Of a DNA stretch of 64,000 nucleotides, positions 28,954-38,827 are shown in pieces (within the stretch, counting starts at the first letter, position 1; every line of letters begins with the position of its first letter). This stretch comes from a virus. Taxonomy: Duplodnaviria > Caudoviricetes. The DNA lies in the IMG/VR virus record IMGVR_UViG_3300045257_000193, positions 357 to 64,356 of that record; one strand, written 5' to 3'. The notes under the pieces are model-generated. The model was not told the DNA's origin, made no database searches, and was given only the letters and a program-made list of their open reading frames with translations. The translations under genes were made by a program, and so were the position numbers.

Positions 28954-31900
28954 ATGATACAGAATACGCTATTATTCTCAACAAAGTTCAATGTAGTTCC
29001 GACTACTGGAAAATTTGTATTAACCGATTTGTCACCATACGCTGGAGAAGGCATCGCCTTAACTAATGTAAAAGGTGTCTTCAAAATTGAAGGGCCTAGT
29101 GGTATAATTTATAACAATACGAATTTTGCAGCACCGGATATTGCTGCCAATGTAAGTTTAATATTTAACTCTGTATCATTGCCATTAGACACAGATGGAA
29201 ATATATTGAAAGGTACATATGTAATTACCTATAAAATTAGAGTAGCCGGCGGCGTTCAGTCAGGAGATTATACTTTTGTAGACACATCGTACTATTGCTA
29301 TGTAGCTCCGGTAGGGGATATTCAAGTGACAAATAGTGTAAGGCTAGCGAAAGTTACAAGTCAAGATTTGACTTCATATCCAATCAATGGCATTGTCCCA
29401 ACTATTTCAAGAACACATACATTGTGGTATCCATCTAGCTTGGGTTTGTCACCGACCGTATCTGGATTAGCTGAAATACAATTGTCATACCCAAATGTTT
29501 ATACAGGGACGTATACCGGTAAAATATCTACCGTTGCATCCTATGTATTTACTGATGGATTAATTGTTGACTACCTGATTACTGCAGTTGACGAAACAAT
29601 TGTTGACAATAAAACGCTTTGTGATATTTATTGTGGGATTAAGAATCTTACAAACGAAATGCTTACAGCTAGATCCACTGGAGATTTTGGCAAAGCTGAC
29701 AAAATACAGGAAACACTATCCTTAGTGTCAATACTATTCACGCTTTACGACGATGCAATTACTTGCGGCAAGGAAGATGATGCTACAAATTGGCTGAATC
29801 AAATAATTGCTATTGCAAACATTACAGTAGGATGTGGATGCACTGGCGACGAACCTACATTAGTTATTCCTGATGGGGGTGCCGGATCTGGCGGGGATGT
29901 AAATGTTCTAGGAGACTCATCGTTTGGAACAGCGGTAACATCCTCTACGGTAGGCTCAACAACTACATATACAGTTCGATTAACTGAGACGTATAAAGAT
30001 TTAATACTATCGGCCCTTCAATCACAGGACCTATCAGTTACAGCATTCAGAGCAGCCGGGATTCCAGAAGAGGCTAGAGGCGTTACAGTAACACCTATTA
30101 CATCAGGTGGTGGTACAATATCATTAACTCCTGGAGTATCTAAAAAAGTTTTAGTATTAACTGGTTCACCTTCATTATCATCATCACTAACAGTACAAAC
30201 CGTAGGAACTCCTATTGATGGTGATTCTTTTATTGTAGACTATAGAGCAACGTTAACGCCTAATGGCAATAATGTTACAATATTTGGGTTGGGGTTATCT
30301 CCTTCTGAAGCTGCTAGTGGAAATTGTTTAATATACACATGGTACGCAGCATCAAATACAACATGGTATGCTAAGTTAATTAGTAATCAAGCTGGATCAG
30401 CAATACAGGATGGATTAGCATTTTGGGTTGCCGGATCTGACTTTGTACTATCTAAAACTGTTTTATATGGATCTAATCCATCATTGATTTATAAAAATAT
30501 TCAAGCGTCCGGGTCTGGATCAAATCCTCCAACAGGAACAACGGCTAGTAATACGTGGTGGCAATTTGTTGGTAATAAATCGGCATTATATGATTCAAGT
30601 GATAATATAGTATTCGATGTTACAAGTGGCAAGCCATTAATAATTCCAACATTAAATAATTCAGCATCTACATTTAATTTCCTTGTACTTGAGGGGCAAG
30701 AAGTTAAAACTCGTGCATTGGCAACTTTAGCATTAGCTGGAACTACATTAACAACTGATAAAATATTAGTTGGTGGTGCCAGCAATATCGCTGTAGAAAA
30801 GACTTTAAATAGCGCTTTATTAAGAGCAATACCAGTTGGTAATATTTCTGGCCCTACATTTTACATACAGAACTTAATTAACTCCGGAACGATTACCATC
30901 GACCCTAGTCTTAGTACAAGACCGTATGTATTAAATGGTACCGTTACTCTTATAGGGAATGTATCAGTAGTTGCCAATGTTGGAACATCTATTCCTGGGG
31001 ATAACTTATGGATAGATTATAAGTCTATCGCAACACTTGGTGGTAATTCACTTACAATACTAGGAGTTACAATATCCGCCGCCGATGCATTAGCTGGTAA
31101 CTTTGGTATATATGGATACTTTGATAGCGGTTCAAGTGTTTGGGTTGGTCGAAAAATATCGTATGGGGTTGCACTTCCGATTGGAACAGTTAATCAAACG
31201 GTACGATATAACTCCTCAAACGTTCTTGTGGCTGACCCAAATGTATTACAAGATAATGTTGGTAATCTAATAGCTGCAGTATCAGTAAAGTCTGGATCAG
31301 GGCATAGTGGTATAGGTACTTCAGTGGTAGTAGCCGGAACCAGCAACGTTATAGATGGTAATAACAATATTGTTGGTGGTGCTGTAAACACGGTTTCCGG
31401 AGCAAATAACTTAGTTTCTGGGAATACAAATACGGTCGCTGGCATAAGAAATACAGTTTCAGGTCAGCAAAATAATATCACAGGTAATTCGAATCTTGTT
31501 TCAGGTCAGCAAAACACAGTTTCAGATAACTTCGCAGTAGTGACAGGTGTTTTAAATAGCGCAACGGGGATAACAAAAATAATCGGATCAGCAAATACTG
31601 GAACCGGCTCTGGTGGGTGTACAATAGAAGGAGATAATAATAGTCTTGATTTCTTTGGCGCATTATATGTTAGAATCATTGGTAATTATGCAAAAGCTGT
31701 AAATAGCTTTACACAAATATTCTCTACTGGTAATGGCGCACTTGGTAAACACCAAGAGGAAAAAGGCTTATTGTTCGGAACAACTACATCGGCAACCCCG
31801 TTAGTATTAAAACTAGATGTTGTAAGTCTTTTGTTTACCCTTCAGCCAAACGCAGCATATATATTCCAATGTAAGGTTGTAGGTATACAATCAGCAGGAT

Positions 31901-32142
31901 CAGCCGGCACAGTTGGGGATACGCATGCAATGGTAATCAAAGGAGCAGTTAAAAATATTGCCGGAACAATTACTTTGGTTGGGACACAGGTTGTTGATGG
32001 AGACTTCTCAGATGCAGCAGCTTCTACGTGGACAGCAGTATTCTCTGCTAGTACAAGCACATTGAACCTAACAGTTACCGGGCAGGCAAATAAAACGATA
32101 GAATGGACAGCATGCTTAACCGCTGTTAACGCAGGATACTAA
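28954..32142 (+). CDS. Multidomain virion fibre/adhesin protein
   Basis: Cys-rich hinge, duplicated ~80-aa beta domain, Trp-rich CBM-like module, GxxNxV repeats resembling a YadA-like beta-roll. Confidence 0.7.
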   Translation: MIQNTLLFSTKFNVVPTTGKFVLTDLSPYAGEGIALTNVKGVFKIEGPSGIIYNNTNFAAPDIAANVSLIFNSVSLPLDTDGNILKGTYVITYKIRVAGGVQSGDYTFVDTSYYCYVAPVGDIQVTNSVRLAKVTSQDLTSYPINGIVPTISRTHTLWYPSSLGLSPTVSGLAEIQLSYPNVYTGTYTGKISTVASYVFTDGLIVDYLITAVDETIVDNKTLCDIYCGIKNLTNEMLTARSTGDFGKADKIQETLSLVSILFTLYDDAITCGKEDDATNWLNQIIAIANITVGCGCTGDEPTLVIPDGGAGSGGDVNVLGDSSFGTAVTSSTVGSTTTYTVRLTETYKDLILSALQSQDLSVTAFRAAGIPEEARGVTVTPITSGGGTISLTPGVSKKVLVLTGSPSLSSSLTVQTVGTPIDGDSFIVDYRATLTPNGNNVTIFGLGLSPSEAASGNCLIYTWYAASNTTWYAKLISNQAGSAIQDGLAFWVAGSDFVLSKTVLYGSNPSLIYKNIQASGSGSNPPTGTTASNTWWQFVGNKSALYDSSDNIVFDVTSGKPLIIPTLNNSASTFNFLVLEGQEVKTRALATLALAGTTLTTDKILVGGASNIAVEKTLNSALLRAIPVGNISGPTFYIQNLINSGTITIDPSLSTRPYVLNGTVTLIGNVSVVANVGTSIPGDNLWIDYKSIATLGGNSLTILGVTISAADALAGNFGIYGYFDSGSSVWVGRKISYGVALPIGTVNQTVRYNSSNVLVADPNVLQDNVGNLIAAVSVKSGSGHSGIGTSVVVAGTSNVIDGNNNIVGGAVNTVSGANNLVSGNTNTVAGIRNTVSGQQNNITGNSNLVSGQQNTVSDNFAVVTGVLNSATGITKIIGSANTGTGSGGCTIEGDNNSLDFFGALYVRIIGNYAKAVNSFTQIFSTGNGALGKHQEEKGLLFGTTTSATPLVLKLDVVSLLFTLQPNAAYIFQCKVVGIQSAGSAGTVGDTHAMVIKGAVKNIAGTITLVGTQVVDGDFSDAAASTWTAVFSASTSTLNLTVTGQANKTIEWTACLTAVNAGY

Positions 32143-32801
32143 TGAATATTGACGAAGCTAAAGATTTCATATTCGCTATTGCCAGGAAAAATCAGATAGG
32201 CAATATTCCAATAACCCAATTGAATGGATATTTCGAAAGGGCGCAGTTGGATATTGTTTCTGAATTAAGGACGGCATTCCAGCAGACATCCATCATTTCG
32301 GATAATTTATCACCATTGATAACTCCTGTAGAAATATACAATCAAGGGGATGTATTCAATAAGCCAAGTGATTATTTATATTGGGTGGATCTATATTCTT
32401 TTGCTTTTACAAATAATAAGGATTGTGGAGTATTACCGGATAAGCAATGGGTGCCAATAGAATTAATACCACAAAATAAGTTAGCATATAGAAACAGATC
32501 AACAATAGTTCCAGCCGATACCATGTATCCAGTTGCAGTTGATTATGATAAATACTATCTTGTATTGCCGGCACCAAGTAAAGTTCAATTAACATACATC
32601 AGGGTACCTAAAAAGCCTAAGTGGGGATATATCGATACACCGCAAAGGCCAGTATATGATCCGACAACTTCTCAGGATTTTGAATTGCCGGAGATAACAC
32701 ACAAAGAGATTTGTTTTAGGGTATTATCATTTATGGGAATAGCTACAAGGGACGCTGATTTATATCAAACCACTACAGTAAATGACAGACCAGGTAACTA
32801 A
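32142..32801 (+). CDS. Tail ring/adaptor protein 1 (tail tubular A/P22 gp4-like)
   Basis: LTYIRVPKKPKWGY..DFELPEITHKEI pattern seen in crAss-like ring proteins. Confidence 0.65.
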   Translation: MNIDEAKDFIFAIARKNQIGNIPITQLNGYFERAQLDIVSELRTAFQQTSIISDNLSPLITPVEIYNQGDVFNKPSDYLYWVDLYSFAFTNNKDCGVLPDKQWVPIELIPQNKLAYRNRSTIVPADTMYPVAVDYDKYYLVLPAPSKVQLTYIRVPKKPKWGYIDTPQRPVYDPTTSQDFELPEITHKEICFRVLSFMGIATRDADLYQTTTVNDRPGN

Positions 32802-33369
32802 GTTAGCAGAACAGGTAATGCGCCTCCTGAATGGGGGAGATTACTCACCATCTGATTCTAAATGGGATATCAGGGAGATTGCTATTGCCGTTGAACAGGC
32901 TTCAGCTAAATTAATACGACTAAGAACATTTGAAGAGTATAGATCTGGTGAACCAAATTCACCAGGTCAATATTTGGCAACATTTACAGGAATACCCATA
33001 CAACGCGATACAACTAGAAATTTATCGTATATTGATATTCCGGCTAAGTATATTTCCCTTCCAAAAGGGCGCGGAGTACATTCGATAGGTCCGGAAGGGA
33101 ATGAATTTGTAAAATACATTCCGCTTGATGCGGGGGCTTTAAACTTCACAAACATCAGACAGGCACCATTCCTTCAAGGAAATTCAGGTTACTGGCTAGA
33201 AGGAAGTAATGCTTACTTCAGCAATGAGTTAAAGGGAAATGTAGTTATTAAATTAATTACCGGATCAGATCTAGTTGCCGATATGGAATCAGATATTGTA
33301 ACACAGGTTTATTCTATTTACAGAACAGAAAAACTAGAAGATAAAGTTATTAACGCTCAGGAGGAATAA
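32782..33369 (+). CDS. Tail ring protein 2
   Basis: ~200 aa, overlapping, in the ring-protein cluster. Confidence 0.55.
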   Translation: MTDQVTKLAEQVMRLLNGGDYSPSDSKWDIREIAIAVEQASAKLIRLRTFEEYRSGEPNSPGQYLATFTGIPIQRDTTRNLSYIDIPAKYISLPKGRGVHSIGPEGNEFVKYIPLDAGALNFTNIRQAPFLQGNSGYWLEGSNAYFSNELKGNVVIKLITGSDLVADMESDIVTQVYSIYRTEKLEDKVINAQEE

Positions 33370-34136
33370 TGGATCAGGGATACACCACATTAGATCAAAT
33401 AGTTCGCGAGGCTTGCATAGAATCCGATGATGCTGGACTACACAACTACAACAAATTTATGTTGTGGGCCATGGAAGGTCTGCAGGAAATGCGTATCGAT
33501 GATTTCCAGGAAATTAAATCCATCCTTGTAACTACTTCTACAATTGCTACGGTACCATTCCCAGTTGATATGGTTAAATGGACAAAGATCGGTGAAGTAT
33601 CCGGTGATCGAGTAAAAGTTTTTACGATCAATAACTCTTTAATGCTTAATCATAAAACTGATTGCGGCATTGAACAGAATAATCCCAAGTATCAGGCTAA
33701 ATCATACTACAACATTGCTAAAAATGATGTAGAGACATTGGATGGTTATTTCTTTTATGGATACGGTAGTTCAGGCGCTATTTACGGATACGGTAATGGT
33801 GTACAGGGTGATGGGCAATTCAGAGAAGATAAATCACGCAGAGAGTTCCAGTTCAGCTCACAGTATGCCTCAAAAGATATTGTACTGGAATACGTTTCAA
33901 CCGGTTTAAACCCTTCCGGACAGTCTTATATCGAAGAATCAATAAGAAAAGCAGTTAAAGAGTACATTTTCTGGTGGAAGACGGAACGCGATCGGACAGC
34001 GAGTGGCGGAGAGAAGGATCGGGCCAAATATCTGTACGATCAGGCAGCAAGAACAGCGCAGCGAAGAAACATGATTGACTTAGATACAATACAAGCTATA
34101 GTACGTAAGTCTTATTCACAGACTCCAAGAGGTTAA
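33369..34136 (+). CDS. Tail ring protein 3
   Basis: PFPVDMVKWTKIG..IVLEYVSTG..AVKEYI pattern. Confidence 0.6.
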   Translation: MDQGYTTLDQIVREACIESDDAGLHNYNKFMLWAMEGLQEMRIDDFQEIKSILVTTSTIATVPFPVDMVKWTKIGEVSGDRVKVFTINNSLMLNHKTDCGIEQNNPKYQAKSYYNIAKNDVETLDGYFFYGYGSSGAIYGYGNGVQGDGQFREDKSRREFQFSSQYASKDIVLEYVSTGLNPSGQSYIEESIRKAVKEYIFWWKTERDRTASGGEKDRAKYLYDQAARTAQRRNMIDLDTIQAIVRKSYSQTPRG

Positions 34137-34188
34137 AATAAACAGTAGTCAATACGATAATTGATCGTACCAGATTGACTCATTTGCG

Positions 34189-34222
34189 AACACCTTCATT
34201 AATTTGGAGGTGTTTTTATTTT
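34189..34222 (+). terminator. Intrinsic terminator (probably bidirectional)
   Basis: AACACCTTCA/TGGAGGTGTT plus T-run. Confidence 0.7.
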
Positions 34223-34680
34223 ATATGAAAAGCAATATATACAGCACAAAATAATGAGGCCATTAATGATAAATGTGCAAATAATAAATCATGAGTATAA
34301 TCATGTTTAATAAATCTTTTATTAAACCATATAAAAGACATGCATGAAAAACTCATTATTAACGAAAGCAATAGTGTATTTGTATTCATAATCTTAAATT
34401 TTAACTCGATTACCTTTAAACATGATTTAGATTCTTTGAGAGAAGTGATTGTTAAGGTTAAGCTAGTCTAAAACCCCTCCTATAAAAGACTAGCCTAACA
34501 ATACCATGATTTGAGTTCAATCGTTCGTTTCATGTGCATCAGAAAAAGCTATCCAATCTTAATGCGGTTTTAAATTTAACCTATTGTACAATAAAACAAT
34601 GGCCTGATCCAACGCACTATAAGAACGAAGTTTGAGGCAAACAAAACGACCAACAATTTAATTAATAGCACCTCTATTAA

Positions 34681-34832
34681 TGTAGGGCACAAAATTAAAG
34701 CCCTAATGATCTCGTACATCAATTAGGGCTTTGTTGATTATGCTCTACTAAAGCATAGATTGGAAAGACTTTCATAGGTGTACGAGACCCGATTTATATA
34801 TTCAAAATTAATACTATTTTTCAATAGTACAA
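34681..34832 (-). promoter_or_regulatory. Promoter plus two-hairpin kissing-loop leader 3
   Basis: TTG-N19-TAATTTTG (34803-34810, -); loop TCTCGTACA (34779-34787) complementary to loop TGTACGAGA (34710-34718); 11-bp stem AAAGCCCTAAT/ATTAGGGCTTT. Confidence 0.7.
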
Positions 34833-34843
34833 TAGATAATTTA

Positions 34844-37800
34844 TTATTTATTTGTCCTTTGATTAATTTGAGAATACAAGTTCAGATACCTAAGACGGAA
34901 TAAGCTATCCCCATCGTAACGGAAAGTAACATTGAACAAGTGAGAACTAATAAGGTTGCCTTCCCACTTGCTCAATCCGGATGAAGTATCTCCCGGAACA
35001 TCACATTGCCAATCTTTATTTATACGTTCAAAGGCACCATTCTCAATTGTTGTAATCTGGCCATCTTGGTTAGTGATTGACTCACACCAAAGAGGCGTGT
35101 CGCTTTCCTGAGATATAAAGTTGGCTATCTTCTGCATATTTGGTTCTGCATTAAATATAACCTCAATACGGCTAGGATATTTTACACCATAGAAAGTATT
35201 AACCGGACCTGCTTCATGTTTATACATCTTACCATCCTTAAAAGTGTAAAGCTGCAGCTGAATATAAGCGAACTGCTCAGGAAGGAAACTAAAGAAAGAT
35301 GACCATGTATTTGGGTAATCCTGACTTGCCGGATCAATGAATCCTATATTTTCATCATCAAATCTAAAGTATTGAGTTCTAAACTTTGGGTCAAACCCGG
35401 TAAAGCATCTATCCGAAACTTTGTTATAGAAATATGATCGCGCTTTGTAGTTACCGGATATATCGAATATGCTGTTGAATGTGTTATATCTTAAAGCGCA
35501 CCCTTTTAGCTTGCTCCAGAAATAAATATAGTCATCATATTTGTTCACTGATTCGGGGTTAACGCAGCCATATCCACCAGGCAGCTTTCTTGCTGAGTTC
35601 AATAGGTGATCTGATATGATAAGGTTATCGCTTCCATCCGCATTCGCAAGCATGGCTTTATTAACATATACAAGCGCTGCTTCCTGCTCACAATTTATAA
35701 GAAGTATTTGTTCTTGGGAAGTCATCTTTCTGATAGCACCCCATGTATAATCTAATTGATATGAGTTAAAGGAATAGAATGTACTTGTTCCATTAATACT
35801 TGCCCCATCAATATATCTGTCTGAATATCGAATGGTGTCCCTTCTTCTTGTTTGTCTTTCACCGTCAAGTAAAACAACGTTTGGCCTACCATTAGCCTTC
35901 TCCCATATTCCAGCTCTATTTAAGTTATCCGGACTCATAGAGAAGAAAGGATATTGAGAATAGCCTCTGCCTAAACTAAAGTCAATTACGCCTCTTTTTC
36001 TATAATTTATTCTAATGTCCTTAGCGTACATTGGAGCATACATCATATAATGCGTGTCCCCTTCAAATATACTGAACGAGGTTTTAGAATATTGTCTCAG
36101 ATCGGTTTTAGAATTATTTATAGGATAACAATCGCCATATTCATAAAAGAATATATCATCTGATCCAGTATGAGGTGTATATATTTCAATAAATGCACCT
36201 GACCCTAAAATATTATCTTCCAGCAATCTTTGGTCGAATTTAACTTTAAGGTATCTACCCTCAACAAAATCCTTTATTTCAAGATCAAGAATACCTGAAT
36301 ATGTTCCAGTGCTAGAATAGTAAATATTTAATCTATCTCCTGATTGAAAAACGTATGGAGTTTCACAAGAGGGGTTGTATACTTGTCTTGCAACGGTATT
36401 CGTACTATTAAATTGGTTTTCTTCAAAGTTGGTTGTATTGTTCCAGTTATAAATATCTATTAGAATATCAACAGCTGAATCAAGCCCTGCTTTAGAGAAT
36501 TCATTTATTTTCTCCCCTCTACGGTTAACTCCGCCTACATATATTGCGGTCCCGTCAGGGGAGTATCCAATTATATAATCATTTTCATCACTATTAAATG
36601 GAACACTATCTGGCGTTCCTGGCCAAGTATAGTGTTGTACTGGCTTATATCTAGCTTGAGTAAATATTAAACCAGCTTGGTTATAGTTTCCTCCGGCACT
36701 TTTTGCCCAATATGTTACCTCTTTGTATATTGGCTTATCAGTATCGCTAAGGCCATATTCATATACTGGAAGTGGGCTACTCCAATCATTCCCATCAGCA
36801 ATCATGTTGTTTACCCGTCTTTCTCCTGGAGTTGCGCCAAGCGGAGGTAAATAAAGAGTTACATTTTCTTTTGTTTGTGCAGCGGCAGTTCCAATTACTT
36901 TTCTTATGAAAGATGGATTACCATTAGAGTCATAGCCAGATACATATAGGATATCATTCGTAATACCCTGTACAAATCTTGTAACTTTATTATTGTTTGT
37001 TCTAACAATTTGATAATGTGTTGCCCATTCTGGCGGAGATCCAGCGATATCAAAGTCAAAACACCAAACTTTCTCCTTGTCACCAGCCCTATAATCCGGA
37101 GGTGTTAAAACTTTTAATCGTTGGTCTGTGTAAACGCCCGACTTTTGTCCAAACTCATTATAAAAAACAAGGCCTATTTCATATTTAGAATTATTCTTCC
37201 ATACCATGAAATTCCCAACTAATTCTGCTTGGCTAGGTCCTGTAATTGTATCGGTAAAATAATCTACACTTTTTCTTCCCTGACTAACATTTCCAATAAC
37301 CAAATTAAATTCAGCAAACCCTTCAAGCGTGTTTCCTATAAGATTTCTATTATCTACTGTTTCAATAGTTTCACACGGCCAAATATCATCATATGGCCGC
37401 TCAGTATCAGTTGGTGCTATTACGCTAAAAGATAAATCATTTCTAAATTGTACAGATAAATCTTCATTACTGCCATATACGGACAAATCAGTATCGGATA
37501 ATATTAATTGATCCCATTCAGTCTGATTGATAACTTCATCTACTTTAGTTCTTTTAAATAATTTAAAAGGCCCTAAATATGTATTTGCGTATGCAAAATC
37601 TATATATTTAATCTTTGTATTATAGTAAAGTCCGTCAATACCTCCAGCTCTAAAGACCCTAAACTCATTGATTTTAAATTGAGAATAAATGGCATCATCT
37701 AAAACTAGCGTAGTATATTTACTGCTAACTAGTTTAGAATAAGGTGACCAAGAGCTTTGTTGCCCATTGTCATATACAAATCGATATATGAAATAGTAGT

Positions 37801-38341
37801 TTTCTTTCCGGTAAAAATTAGTATTAACAACTCCAGTTTGCTGCAATTGTATTTGCAAAGGAAACGTGGGTGGAGTTTTTATTAAAGACATATCAAACTC
37901 AATTGGATCAAATAAAAATTCCAATACGTTTATTTGTCTTGGGTATTTAGATCCACCTTCAGTCCATGTAAGTAAGTTGTTTATAAGCGTTACGGAATGA
38001 ATGATCAAGTCTGATTCCCACCCCAAATTGCCAATAACTAATTGAGTAAAATTAGTGCCATCAAAAACACTTATCGAGTCGTTATTATTTGAATTCCAAG
38101 TAAAAACGTATATTTTATTTTTTGATGTATCAGAATACTTACCTATTGTTTTATTATCCCCAGGCGCAAGTGCATTTGGAATCTCGACATTACCCAATAC
38201 CGGTTCGATAATACCATCTTTACTATTGTTTACAATATTTACCCTACAGTTTTCAACTCTTCTAGAAAATGTTTTGTCTACACCTTCATCAGCAGTATCA
38301 AAATCCATTCCGATTACAACTCTTTTATCCTGTAGATTCAT
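34844..38341 (-). CDS. Tail stabilisation/muzzle protein (P22 gp10-like, crAss-like)
   Basis: GMDFD..GNVEI N-terminus, FIYRFVYDNGQQSSWSPYS, YEIGLVFYNEFGQKS, GGYGCVNPES, WSSFFSFLPE, NTFYGVKY. Confidence 0.8.
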   Translation of the reverse strand: MNLQDKRVVIGMDFDTADEGVDKTFSRRVENCRVNIVNNSKDGIIEPVLGNVEIPNALAPGDNKTIGKYSDTSKNKIYVFTWNSNNNDSISVFDGTNFTQLVIGNLGWESDLIIHSVTLINNLLTWTEGGSKYPRQINVLEFLFDPIEFDMSLIKTPPTFPLQIQLQQTGVVNTNFYRKENYYFIYRFVYDNGQQSSWSPYSKLVSSKYTTLVLDDAIYSQFKINEFRVFRAGGIDGLYYNTKIKYIDFAYANTYLGPFKLFKRTKVDEVINQTEWDQLILSDTDLSVYGSNEDLSVQFRNDLSFSVIAPTDTERPYDDIWPCETIETVDNRNLIGNTLEGFAEFNLVIGNVSQGRKSVDYFTDTITGPSQAELVGNFMVWKNNSKYEIGLVFYNEFGQKSGVYTDQRLKVLTPPDYRAGDKEKVWCFDFDIAGSPPEWATHYQIVRTNNNKVTRFVQGITNDILYVSGYDSNGNPSFIRKVIGTAAAQTKENVTLYLPPLGATPGERRVNNMIADGNDWSSPLPVYEYGLSDTDKPIYKEVTYWAKSAGGNYNQAGLIFTQARYKPVQHYTWPGTPDSVPFNSDENDYIIGYSPDGTAIYVGGVNRRGEKINEFSKAGLDSAVDILIDIYNWNNTTNFEENQFNSTNTVARQVYNPSCETPYVFQSGDRLNIYYSSTGTYSGILDLEIKDFVEGRYLKVKFDQRLLEDNILGSGAFIEIYTPHTGSDDIFFYEYGDCYPINNSKTDLRQYSKTSFSIFEGDTHYMMYAPMYAKDIRINYRKRGVIDFSLGRGYSQYPFFSMSPDNLNRAGIWEKANGRPNVVLLDGERQTRRRDTIRYSDRYIDGASINGTSTFYSFNSYQLDYTWGAIRKMTSQEQILLINCEQEAALVYVNKAMLANADGSDNLIISDHLLNSARKLPGGYGCVNPESVNKYDDYIYFWSKLKGCALRYNTFNSIFDISGNYKARSYFYNKVSDRCFTGFDPKFRTQYFRFDDENIGFIDPASQDYPNTWSSFFSFLPEQFAYIQLQLYTFKDGKMYKHEAGPVNTFYGVKYPSRIEVIFNAEPNMQKIANFISQESDTPLWCESITNQDGQITTIENGAFERINKDWQCDVPGDTSSGLSKWEGNLISSHLFNVTFRYDGDSLFRLRYLNLYSQINQRTNK

Positions 38342-38350
38342 ATTGGTTAA

Positions 38351-38710
38351 TTATTCTGGTAAAGAACTTAAATCTAAAGTCCCTGAAGTAGTATTTAAAA
38401 TTTCAATGTAGATATGGCCAGACTGGTAATTATTTAAATCTCTAGCTCTAACTCTTATGTTTATAGGGTTGTCACAGCTATATTTGATAGTTCTATTTTT
38501 ATCTATTGTAGTAAAAGAAAAAGCTGGCCCACTTTGAGGCGCATCTACCACCGTATCATTATCTAGGTAAGAAGTCACAGTAGTATTTTCAGGAACTTCG
38601 TATTCCAGGAAATATAAAGTTGATGGCTTTGTTGGCATAGGGTCGTTATTTTTTTTATTGCAAGAACAAATAATCAAACATGCAAATAAGGTAAATATTA
38701 AGTTTTTCAT
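38351..38710 (-). CDS. Lipoprotein
   Basis: MKNLIFTLFACLIICSC lipobox followed by NKKNNDP; TATATTTG promoter at 38733-38740 (-). Confidence 0.75.
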   Translation of the reverse strand: MKNLIFTLFACLIICSCNKKNNDPMPTKPSTLYFLEYEVPENTTVTSYLDNDTVVDAPQSGPAFSFTTIDKNRTIKYSCDNPINIRVRARDLNNYQSGHIYIEILNTTSGTLDLSSLPE

Positions 38711-38827
38711 AGTAGTAAGGTTTAGGTTAATACAAATATATTCAAAATTATATGTAATAATAGCAAAAATTTTAGATATTATTAGTAAAATTGGTTAATA
38801 TTGTTAATGTAAATAAATGATACCAAT

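Noticed and set aside
34796-38750. Invertible segment flanked by recombination sites
   Set aside because: The 15-bp flanking match is a direct, AT-rich, promoter-containing repeat rather than an inverted one, and no invertase is present
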